From a virus: a stretch of 64,000 bases of DNA. Made by a program: the position numbers and the translations under genes. Positions 45,928-53,330 of the stretch are shown here, piece by piece. The stretch covers positions 7,455 through 71,454 of the IMG/VR virus record IMGVR_UViG_2922055605_000002; one strand, given 5' to 3'. Numbering within the stretch: the first letter of the stretch is position 1; each line of letters begins with the position of its first letter. The notes under the pieces are model-generated. The model did not search any database, was not told where the DNA came from, and worked only from the letters and a program-made list of their open reading frames with translations.

Positions 45928-46866
45928 ATGAACCATTCCGTTATCAAGTCTGCCAGCATCTACAGCGCCAAGCTCCCGACCATCGCCGCCATGCGTGAAC
46001 ACCTGGCCGAGCTCGCCTTCACCCCGCTCACTGAAAGTCAGCTCAGCTGCGCCGGGTTTGACCAAAATCAGGCAACCGGTGAGCTTGTTACCGACCTGCC
46101 TGGCGTTGGCTTCGCGTTCGTTGTGCGCCAAGACACCAAGCTCATTCCGACCAAGATCGTCAACCGTAAGCTCAAGGAGCGCATTGATGCGCTGATCGCC
46201 GCCGGTATGCGTGAGCGCGTCACCCGAAAAGAGAAGCAGACCATGAAGGATCAGCTGATTGTCGAGATGGCCGCCACAGCCGAGTATGAAACCACGCAGA
46301 TCCATGCACTATACGACCAGAAAAACGAGCTGCTGTACCTCAACACCACTACCAAGCGCCCGCTCAAGGTGGTCATGCACCTGCTGGTAAAGTGCATGGG
46401 TTCCCTCAAGACCCAGACCATCCACATCGACGACATCAAGATGGGGATCAGCAACCGCCTGAAAGACTACCTGACCGATAGCGCAGAGCGTCCAGAAGCG
46501 CTTGGCCCCTTCTCCCCGCTTCAGTTCGTCAAGCTCAAGTCTGCCGACACTGCGCAAGAGATGGTGACCTTCAAAGGGATGGATCTCAACGGGGATCGCG
46601 CCTCTGATGTGGTTTCCCTACTGGAAGCTGGCTACCAGGTGGAGGAGTTGGAGCTGTGGCACGAACCCATCAGCTTCAAGCTGAACAGTGATTTCAGCCT
46701 GCGCGCCATCTCCATGCCTGATTACGACTCCGACGAGGATGTCGAGGATTACGCCCACCACTGGCGCCAGTGCAACGCTGCCAACCTCATCCTGCTGTCG
46801 AGGGCCATCACCGACCTTTGCACCATGATGGACTACCAAGCCCCGGCAGAGGAGAAAGCAGCGTGA
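45928..46866 (+). CDS. rdgC: RdgC-like recombination-associated protein
   Basis: 312 aa; L..LAFTP..QLSCAGF, K.IPTKIVNRKLKERI, ISFKLNSDFSLRAI. Confidence 0.8.
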   Translation: MNHSVIKSASIYSAKLPTIAAMREHLAELAFTPLTESQLSCAGFDQNQATGELVTDLPGVGFAFVVRQDTKLIPTKIVNRKLKERIDALIAAGMRERVTRKEKQTMKDQLIVEMAATAEYETTQIHALYDQKNELLYLNTTTKRPLKVVMHLLVKCMGSLKTQTIHIDDIKMGISNRLKDYLTDSAERPEALGPFSPLQFVKLKSADTAQEMVTFKGMDLNGDRASDVVSLLEAGYQVEELELWHEPISFKLNSDFSLRAISMPDYDSDEDVEDYAHHWRQCNAANLILLSRAITDLCTMMDYQAPAEEKAA

Positions 46867-47495
46867 GCGACTTCAAGAATGCCGTGCTGCGCCTGGACCA
46901 ACGACATGACCTCAACGATAGCAATGCCACTATCGATGTTGATGGGCACGGCGCGATCGCTGAGGTGGTGGTCAGGATGGAGGGGAAGACAGAGGACTCC
47001 CCTGTACTTGTCGCCTTCGGTGAGCGTTTGGTTGCCTGTTACAACCTGCTGGATGGTTACGACACCCAGGAGTTTAAAGGCCGCCCCCTGGCCGAGTTCG
47101 TGGCCAAGCAGGCTTACCTCAACGAGATGAACACCAACGACGGCATCAACCTCTCCCTGTCAGGGCTGGCAGTGCAGATGCTGGTTGCCTCGTTTGCTGG
47201 CCAGTTCAAGGCCAACGGTGCCACCAACTACTTGGAGCTGCGCGGCAGCCATCCGGAAACCGGCCCCTTCACCATCACCATGCAACGCGCCGAAGGGCTC
47301 ACGCCGGCAGACAAGCTGAACGCCATAACCAAGCAGCGGGATGTGCTGCTCGAAGCGCTGAATGGAGTGCTGGGCGTGATGAACAACAGCCAGGGGGTAG
47401 CCGGCTGGCACAAGAACGGCGATATCGCCACCTGGGACGAGGTGCTGCCGGAAGTGGCCGCGGCCCTCGAGTTTGTGGAAGGAGAACAATCATGA
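46863..47495 (+). CDS. Hypothetical phage protein
   Basis: GTGA-coupled start at 46863, 210 aa. Confidence 0.6.
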   Translation: MSDFKNAVLRLDQRHDLNDSNATIDVDGHGAIAEVVVRMEGKTEDSPVLVAFGERLVACYNLLDGYDTQEFKGRPLAEFVAKQAYLNEMNTNDGINLSLSGLAVQMLVASFAGQFKANGATNYLELRGSHPETGPFTITMQRAEGLTPADKLNAITKQRDVLLEALNGVLGVMNNSQGVAGWHKNGDIATWDEVLPEVAAALEFVEGEQS

Positions 47496-48490
47496 AGCGG
47501 TATGACTGCACCATGCACGACAAGCGTGGAGCATTTGGACTCTGCATGGAAGCACGCAGTGAGGGGCAGTTCGTCCCCTTCACCAAAGTTGAGCAACTGC
47601 AGGCCAAGATCTTTGGGCTGCTGGAAGAGCGCAACAGCACCGGGATAGCAATAGACAAGGCCATCCTCTCCGGCATCGTGCCAGAACAGCACCCTCTGCG
47701 TTCGCGGCTGGAACGGCTGGCCAACCACCACAAGCGCGAGCAGACGCTGGCCGATGGCATGGTGGCATTGGCCGACCGCTGCACGTTGCTGGCTGACCTG
47801 CTGCGGGAGGTAACTCAGGTAATCCCGGCGATCGGGGTAGAAATTGACGATCTGCCGGTTGTTGATGCCTTTCTTGGGCGCATCGAGGAGGCGCTGGCCG
47901 GAAAGCTACCTGAACAAGTCTGCGCCAATGGATTCCATCTGCTCCGTGAGGCAAATCACCTTCGACAAGAAGAGTGGGATATTGGCAGTGAAAAAGTGAG
48001 TCTGTCATTCCTTGGTAACGAGCTGGCAGGAGAAACCGGTGAGTTGTGTAATGTGCTCAAGAAGCTGGAGCGTGAAAGAATCGGAATTGTTGGTTCTCGC
48101 AGCACGATCGAAAAAGCGGCTACAGAGTTGGCCGATGTTGTGATCTGTGCTGACTTGGTTGCGCGAGCTCTCGGCATCAATACATGGGATGCGGTGTGCA
48201 ACAAGTTCAATTACACCTCAGCTAAATACGGACTGAAAACCATGCTTTTCGGTACGCCAAATCTGATTCAGCAAGCTGTACGCACCATAACTGAAGGCCA
48301 GGAGTTTGAGCTCACCACTGTGTTGCAGTCCATCGCCAACGGGTTCAGTGATGACCCGGCCCACGATGCAGCGGTGCTGCTCAAGCGGATTACCGGTGAA
48401 GTGCAGTGGACTGGTGACTCCTTCCAGCTTCCGCCACACCAAGGAGGTGAGTTGTGCGCTACCGAGCCCCCATCATCCAGCCCGGACTGA
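47492..48490 (+). CDS. Accessory protein with a MazG-like NTP pyrophosphohydrolase domain
   Basis: 332 aa; ELAGETGELCNVLKK..ELADVVICADLVA..DAVCNKF. Confidence 0.75.
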   Translation: MKRYDCTMHDKRGAFGLCMEARSEGQFVPFTKVEQLQAKIFGLLEERNSTGIAIDKAILSGIVPEQHPLRSRLERLANHHKREQTLADGMVALADRCTLLADLLREVTQVIPAIGVEIDDLPVVDAFLGRIEEALAGKLPEQVCANGFHLLREANHLRQEEWDIGSEKVSLSFLGNELAGETGELCNVLKKLERERIGIVGSRSTIEKAATELADVVICADLVARALGINTWDAVCNKFNYTSAKYGLKTMLFGTPNLIQQAVRTITEGQEFELTTVLQSIANGFSDDPAHDAAVLLKRITGEVQWTGDSFQLPPHQGGELCATEPPSSSPD

Positions 48491-48672
48491 CCCGGGAAGA
48501 AGCCACCGACGCACGCGAGCGATACCTGCGCATCAACCCGGGCGCCCGGGTCACAATCGACAGCCAGCCAGATAACCCCCAGCTCAAGACCCTGATAGCC
48601 CACCTCCCCGTCCTGCCGTTCCGGCGCGTCATGGATCCCGGCTTCATCGGTTACCGGGGGTGGCGATGCTGA
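48454..48672 (+). CDS. Hypothetical phage protein
   Basis: 72 aa, GTG start with SD GGAGG. Confidence 0.55.
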   Translation: MRYRAPIIQPGLTREEATDARERYLRINPGARVTIDSQPDNPQLKTLIAHLPVLPFRRVMDPGFIGYRGWRC

Positions 48673-48881
48673 CTGACCCCAATAAGCAGGCGGCTCTCGA
48701 GCGCGCCCTGCACCAGATAGCCCAACTCCAGGCCAGCCAACCAGCTGGCCTTTCTGTTTCCACAGCAGATCCCCGCACCGGCTTTCGCTGCAAAAGCATT
48801 GAGCGCGAACGCCCACACGACGTGTACCGGTCCCAGTGCCCCTACGTCGGGATCTCGATAGGCATGAAGGATGTGAAATGA
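48666..48881 (+). CDS. Hypothetical phage protein
   Basis: 71 aa, start overlaps the upstream stop. Confidence 0.5.
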   Translation: MLTDPNKQAALERALHQIAQLQASQPAGLSVSTADPRTGFRCKSIERERPHDVYRSQCPYVGISIGMKDVK

Positions 48882-49522
48882 CCATGAACATTGATTTGGA
48901 AAAGTTGCTGGAACTGGCTGGCAGGGCCACGCCAGCGACATGGAGCACAGACGGGCACACCAGCGTTAATGGTGATCATGGCCTGCTCGCAGACACCTGC
49001 TTTGCAAACGATGCGGCATTCATCTCGGCAGCCAACCCCGCCGTGGTCACTGAGCTGGTGAGTATGGTCAAGGACTCCACCCAGGCCTGTATAGCAGACG
49101 TTCAGGCCGAACCTGAATTCCCGGGCGACGCACCACCTGAGCTGATAGCGCACATCCGCCAGTGCATCGAAGCGAAGGATGAGCAGCACCTGCTCCATAT
49201 GATGCGCATGGCCGTTTCCATCACCAAGAAGGGCATTCAGGAGCGCATCGCCGCCCGCACCGGGATCGCCATTGAAGGCATCTTTGGCAAGGTGGTACGT
49301 GACCAGTGCAGTTGCGGTGAGCCCATCAGTGTCGAGCTCAACTGCCCGCGCCGCACCAGCAGAACCGACAAAAAACGCCCCTTCTATCCAGATCAAGGGC
49401 TTCCAGAAGGGCTGGATCCGCAACGCTACAGCGAGCACGGCTCCAGCGTGTTCCGCTGCCGCAAGTGTGGTGAGCCGGTTGATGAGACTGTGCCGGCTGC
49501 GAAGTACGAAAAGGTGGAATGA
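48878..49522 (+). CDS. Ead/Ea22-like protein
   Basis: IDLEKLLELAGRATPATW..NDAAFISAANPAVVTELV signature. Confidence 0.75.
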   Translation: MTMNIDLEKLLELAGRATPATWSTDGHTSVNGDHGLLADTCFANDAAFISAANPAVVTELVSMVKDSTQACIADVQAEPEFPGDAPPELIAHIRQCIEAKDEQHLLHMMRMAVSITKKGIQERIAARTGIAIEGIFGKVVRDQCSCGEPISVELNCPRRTSRTDKKRPFYPDQGLPEGLDPQRYSEHGSSVFRCRKCGEPVDETVPAAKYEKVE

Positions 49523-49525
49523 ATA

Positions 49526-49819
49526 ATGGCAAAAATCTATATAGCTGGGCCGATGACTGGCCTGCCCAACTTCAACCGAGACGCCTTCAGAAAAGAAGCA
49601 CAGCGCCTGCAAAGTATTGGGCACGCGACGTTATCCTCTGCATTTTTACCTGTTGGTATTGAGCCGCATAAGCGTGAGGCAATCATATATTCGGTTGACC
49701 AAGTGGTGGTGTTACCGGGGTGGGAGAGCTGCACACAGGCAACAAGTGATCACGCCCTGGCCATCAAACTGGGCAAGCCGGTGATCCTGACCTCAATCTT
49801 GCATGAGGAGGAAGTATGA
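49526..49819 (+). CDS. DUF4406-family protein (degenerate)
   Basis: KIYIAGPMTGLPNFN..LPGWE..HALAIKLG. Confidence 0.8.
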   Translation: MAKIYIAGPMTGLPNFNRDAFRKEAQRLQSIGHATLSSAFLPVGIEPHKREAIIYSVDQVVVLPGWESCTQATSDHALAIKLGKPVILTSILHEEEV

Positions 49820-50406
49820 AACCACGCATCGAGAAGAAGCTGAGCAAGAAGCTCCACGCCATCCTTGGCAATCTGCTGGGTGAGGTCTGGATCGACGATG
49901 AGCTGGAGCTTTGCCGCCGGCACCGCCGCTATCGTGACGACCCGCCGCTAACCGGCAAGCAGGAACGCCAGAACCGGCAGATACGTGTGAGCGTGAACCA
50001 CATGCCAAGCCTCGGCGGAGGATTGGACTACTGGGGTGAAGGACAAGATCACCACAGTATCCTTGATGCTGCAAGGGACTTGCTACCTTGGCGCTTTGGG
50101 GAAAAAACAGACCCTGATGGACCGCACGGTGGCTGGCCGCTGCTGAAAGCCAAGATGACAAGCATCTGGGTGATAAAGCACGCCAAGCTCTACGCCCTGC
50201 AGGAGCAGACCAAGGCAGCCAAGAAGGCGCTGGAGAAAGCCAGGATTAAGCAGCTCAAGGGTGAAGGGATCATCCAGTGGCAGGCCGGCAAGGGCTGGAT
50301 AGGCCAGTGCATCTGCTGCGAACAGCTCACCCCCATCTATTGCAACACTGCAGAGTTCGACCCGAACAACCACTACTGCGGCGGTTCGTCGCGCTGCTGC
50401 CCATAG
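49816..50406 (+). CDS. Hypothetical phage protein with C-terminal Cys cluster
   Basis: 196 aa, ATGA-coupled. Confidence 0.6.
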   Translation: MKPRIEKKLSKKLHAILGNLLGEVWIDDELELCRRHRRYRDDPPLTGKQERQNRQIRVSVNHMPSLGGGLDYWGEGQDHHSILDAARDLLPWRFGEKTDPDGPHGGWPLLKAKMTSIWVIKHAKLYALQEQTKAAKKALEKARIKQLKGEGIIQWQAGKGWIGQCICCEQLTPIYCNTAEFDPNNHYCGGSSRCCP

Positions 50407-50414
50407 GATCTGCA

Positions 50415-50753
50415 ATGACAAAACAACAAGATAGAGGCGAGCTGCTGAAAGAGATGTTTCCGGTCGGTAAGACGGTAGACATCCAGTTGAAATTGACGGG
50501 CGATCAGGCGGGGTTTGCGCTCATAGGGGCCTTGAATGATCGCGATGAGGCCAAGGACTTGTTCTTCGAGAATGTGTCGATCAAGAAGGTCGGGTTCACC
50601 TCATATTTGGGTGCGGAAGGCGGTGTGTCTTCGGTGGCTGCTGAGGCATTGCTGCTGCTTGATGAATGCCGCCAAGACTGGCAGAAGATGGAGACCTTAG
50701 AGCAGTTCCTTTTGTCTCATGCACACAACGGTGTCGGTAAGGAGGCTGCGTGA
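50415..50753 (+). CDS. Hypothetical phage protein
   Basis: Probable start MTKQQD, 112 aa, ends KEAA like other genes of this operon. Confidence 0.6.
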   Translation: MTKQQDRGELLKEMFPVGKTVDIQLKLTGDQAGFALIGALNDRDEAKDLFFENVSIKKVGFTSYLGAEGGVSSVAAEALLLLDECRQDWQKMETLEQFLLSHAHNGVGKEAA

Positions 50754-50953
50754 CCAAACAAAAGGCGGCCGGGATCGCGATCCCGGCTCTCTATTCGATG
50801 CGGGGTAAGATGCCACTCGAACAGAATTAGTGGCCAAATTTTGAGCTCCCCGAGTTTGGGGAGCTCAAAATTAACCAGCCTGGTACTGAATGATTAGCGG
50901 CCCTTCCTTCAATCCAATTGGCGCCTCATCCTCAAAGACAGGAGGGCCACGCC

Positions 50954-51391
50954 ATGCAACAACTTCAACTGACCATCGACCAAGACTGCCAGCTGCTCAA
51001 TGATCTGGTCAGCACCGTACGCTCCCCCACCCTTTCCCGATCGGCCAAGCTCGCCGAGATCGGCCGAATCCTGGCTCACTTCGATTTGCCTATCGAAGCA
51101 CCCCGGGTTGCCGGCCAGCTCTGGAGCGCCACCGAGTTGGGAAAGGAGCTGGGGGTCAGCGCCCAGGCCATCGGCAGGCTGGCCAACCAGCACCAACTCA
51201 AACGCCCGGCGTTCGGGGAATACCGCCTTGACCAAGCGGTCAGCAGCAGGAAGCAAGTCGAATGCTTCCTCTACAACCGAGCGGGCCGGGATGAAATCAC
51301 CAGATTAACGAGGACCAACAACCATGGAAACAACGACCGACCCCGCCAAAAGCCAGATCCAGGGCCAGCTCATCATAATGAGAATGCCTGA
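50954..51391 (+). CDS. Antirepressor-like protein (ANT/KilAC-type C-terminal domain)
   Basis: Probable start MQQLQL; WSATELGKELGVSAQAIGRLAN..L.R..FGEY..KQVECFLYN. Confidence 0.7.
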   Translation: MQQLQLTIDQDCQLLNDLVSTVRSPTLSRSAKLAEIGRILAHFDLPIEAPRVAGQLWSATELGKELGVSAQAIGRLANQHQLKRPAFGEYRLDQAVSSRKQVECFLYNRAGRDEITRLTRTNNHGNNDRPRQKPDPGPAHHNENA

Positions 51392-51581
51392 CGCCATACC
51401 GCTCAGCACTTACCTGAGCACCATCGAGATCACTGACCGGGACACAATCAACAAGCGGATCCAGCGCGGCATCTGGCAGCAAGGTGTTCATATCGTCAAC
51501 GTTGACGGGGTCAAGGAGCGCTGGGTAAACATCACAGAGGTAATGAAGTGGGCAATGAAAAACAGCTCCCACGCGGCGTGA
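51324..51581 (+). CDS. xis: Excisionase
   Basis: 85 aa overlapping the int start; INKRIQRGIWQQGVH..VDGVKERWVNITEVMKWA. Confidence 0.8.
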   Translation: METTTDPAKSQIQGQLIIMRMPDAIPLSTYLSTIEITDRDTINKRIQRGIWQQGVHIVNVDGVKERWVNITEVMKWAMKNSSHAA

Positions 51582-52717
51582 CGCTGCGCGGTGATACCAT
51601 AAATATCACCTTTACCTTCAAAGGGGTTCGCTGCCGCGAGCCCATTTCCAACCTGCCAAACTCCGCCGCCAACGTGCGCTATGCTTCGCGCCTGCTTGGT
51701 GAGATCCAGGGAAAAATAGAGCGAGACCAGTTCGCCTACGCCGACTACTTTCCGAAGTCTAATAAACTACGGATCTTCGGTGGCGCATCCATAGCCGCAA
51801 AGGTGGCAGACTATCTGGATGAGTACATCCGTCGCTGTGAAGTCCGAGGGCTTAGCCCGTCAACCATGGTCGGATACCGTAAGTGCTTCACGGCTTTGGC
51901 GGATCTACACCAGGTAACTGTCTCCGATCTCACCCCTGCCCTGGTGAAAAACTGGCTGATCAAGAGTGACTCATCAGCCAAGACAGCGCGCAACCGTCTG
52001 TCATTCTTGCGCAGCTCCATAGATGAAGCCGTGACGGATGGACTACTGCAGGCGAACCCGGTATCACTGGTCAAGGTCTCCAGATATTTGGACGTGGATT
52101 CAGCTTCTGAGCGGGTAGTTAGGGACGTAGACCCGTTTACCCCGGCAGAGGTGGAAGCGATCTTGAACACAGCCATGAACATCAACGAACAGTGGGCTAG
52201 CCTGTTCGCTTTTGCTTTTGCCACGGGGATGCGGCCATCCGAGATCTGCGCCCTGCGCTGGTCATCGATAGACTGGATCGGTAACACGGTCGCAGTTTCC
52301 AGTGCCACGGTTGTCGGCATCACAAAAAGCACCAAGACAAGAGCCGGCACCCGCATAATCGAGCTGACCAAGGAGGCTATTGCCGCGCTGAACAGCCAGA
52401 AGCGTTTCACCTTCATGCGTTCAGAGCTCGTTTTTGAAGATCCGAAGTTGGGCAAGCCATGGCCTGGGGCCGAGCCGATCCGGAAAAAGGCATGGCTCTA
52501 CACACTCCGGCGATCAGGCGTTCGCTATCGCCACCTCTACCAGACCAGGCACACCTATGCGACGGCCAACATCAGCCGTGGATGTAACCTGTTTTGGCTC
52601 GCCAGCCAGATGGGACACAAGGGGCCGGAAATGCTATTTCGGCACTATGGATCCTACCTTTCCGAGTACGACGGCCAGACAGCAAAGGCGCCAATCCCGA
52701 TCCAAATTCAGAAGTGA
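51548..52717 (+). CDS. int: Tyrosine integrase
   Basis: 389 aa; N-terminal arm-binding LPRGV..I.ITF.FKGVRCRE; TGMRPSE, YQTRHTYAT, QMGH..YG catalytic residues. Confidence 0.95.
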   Translation: MGNEKQLPRGVTLRGDTINITFTFKGVRCREPISNLPNSAANVRYASRLLGEIQGKIERDQFAYADYFPKSNKLRIFGGASIAAKVADYLDEYIRRCEVRGLSPSTMVGYRKCFTALADLHQVTVSDLTPALVKNWLIKSDSSAKTARNRLSFLRSSIDEAVTDGLLQANPVSLVKVSRYLDVDSASERVVRDVDPFTPAEVEAILNTAMNINEQWASLFAFAFATGMRPSEICALRWSSIDWIGNTVAVSSATVVGITKSTKTRAGTRIIELTKEAIAALNSQKRFTFMRSELVFEDPKLGKPWPGAEPIRKKAWLYTLRRSGVRYRHLYQTRHTYATANISRGCNLFWLASQMGHKGPEMLFRHYGSYLSEYDGQTAKAPIPIQIQK

Positions 52718-52757
52718 AAAGAAAAAATCCTTATAGTTCAATTGGTAAAGCTGCTTT

Positions 52758-52789
52758 GGACGGGGGTTCAAATCCCCCCAGCTCCACCA
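52758..52789 (+). other. ssrA: Attachment site: duplicated 3' end of tmRNA (ssrA)
   Basis: GGACGGGGGTTCAAATCCCCCCAGCTCCACCA = tmRNA T-arm plus acceptor 3' strand with CCA; no 5' part upstream, so the intact gene is predicted at the prophage's left end. Confidence 0.85.
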
Positions 52790-52825
52790 AATACCGGTCC
52801 AACAGTGACCAACGAAGTCCAAGAA

Positions 52826-52858
52826 ACCCGCATAGCATAAGGCTTTGCGGGTTTTTTG
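52826..52858 (+). terminator. Terminator downstream of the ssrA 3' end
   Basis: AAACCCGCA..TGCGGGTTT followed by TTT. Confidence 0.75.
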
Positions 52859-52953
52859 TTGTCTTATGCTGTCCAATGGGGTGCGTTGCCATCCAGCCCT
52901 TTTAGGCATATCGTTAGGCATATCGTTTTGTATGCCTTCCGGAGCGTATGCCT

Positions 52954-52985
52954 ATGCCTCGTATCACCCGTCCCTTATCCCCAAC
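52954..52985 (+). pseudogene. 5' stub of a P4-like island integrase, interrupted in codon 11
   Basis: MPRITRPLSPT resembles P4/CP4-57-type integrase N-termini; TAGGCATA direct and inverted arm-type repeats upstream (~52904-52953). Confidence 0.65.
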
Positions 52986-53105
52986 TGTAGCCCGCCGCGA
53001 AAAATGAAAAATCTGTCTGCCTAAAACGAAAAACGTGCCCTTGGTGCTTTTATCAAACTTGATGGCACAGGAATCGCCGAGTTTGATAAGCCCGTTAAAC
53101 CGGCA

Positions 53106-53330
53106 TTAAACCTCTATCTCATAGGTCGGTAAATCCGGCGCCTCTCCTGCCAGCTCCCCTCCCCTGTAAAACGCCTTCTTGCCGATGGCCACCCCAACGC
53201 CGCGCACTGTAACGGTACCGCCCGCCAACGTATCCAGGGTGGTCGTGGTACTGGTCATGGCTGTCACGGTACCGACCAGCAGCGGGTCGGCACCGGGTAC
53301 CAGCTCCAGGAATCGCTTGAACAGGTTCAT
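53106..53330 (-). CDS. Small tail protein
   Basis: 74 aa, last gene of the tail module. Confidence 0.65.
   Translation of the reverse strand: MNLFKRFLELVPGADPLLVGTVTAMTSTTTTLDTLAGGTVTVRGVGVAIGKKAFYRGGELAGEAPDLPTYEIEV

Larger units (their letters stand above)
1..52789. mobile_element. 933W-like temperate podoviral prophage integrated at ssrA (left end outside the window)
   Basis: Complete lambdoid gene order int-xis-recombination-cI-cro-O-P-nin-Q-lysis-ter-portal-capsid-tail-ejection, ending at the ssrA fragment. Confidence 0.9.

Noticed and set aside
52728-52757. TAGTTCAATTGGTAAA resembling a tRNA D-loop before the att site
   Set aside because: No anticodon arm or 5' acceptor strand; it is att-flanking sequence next to the tmRNA fragment.
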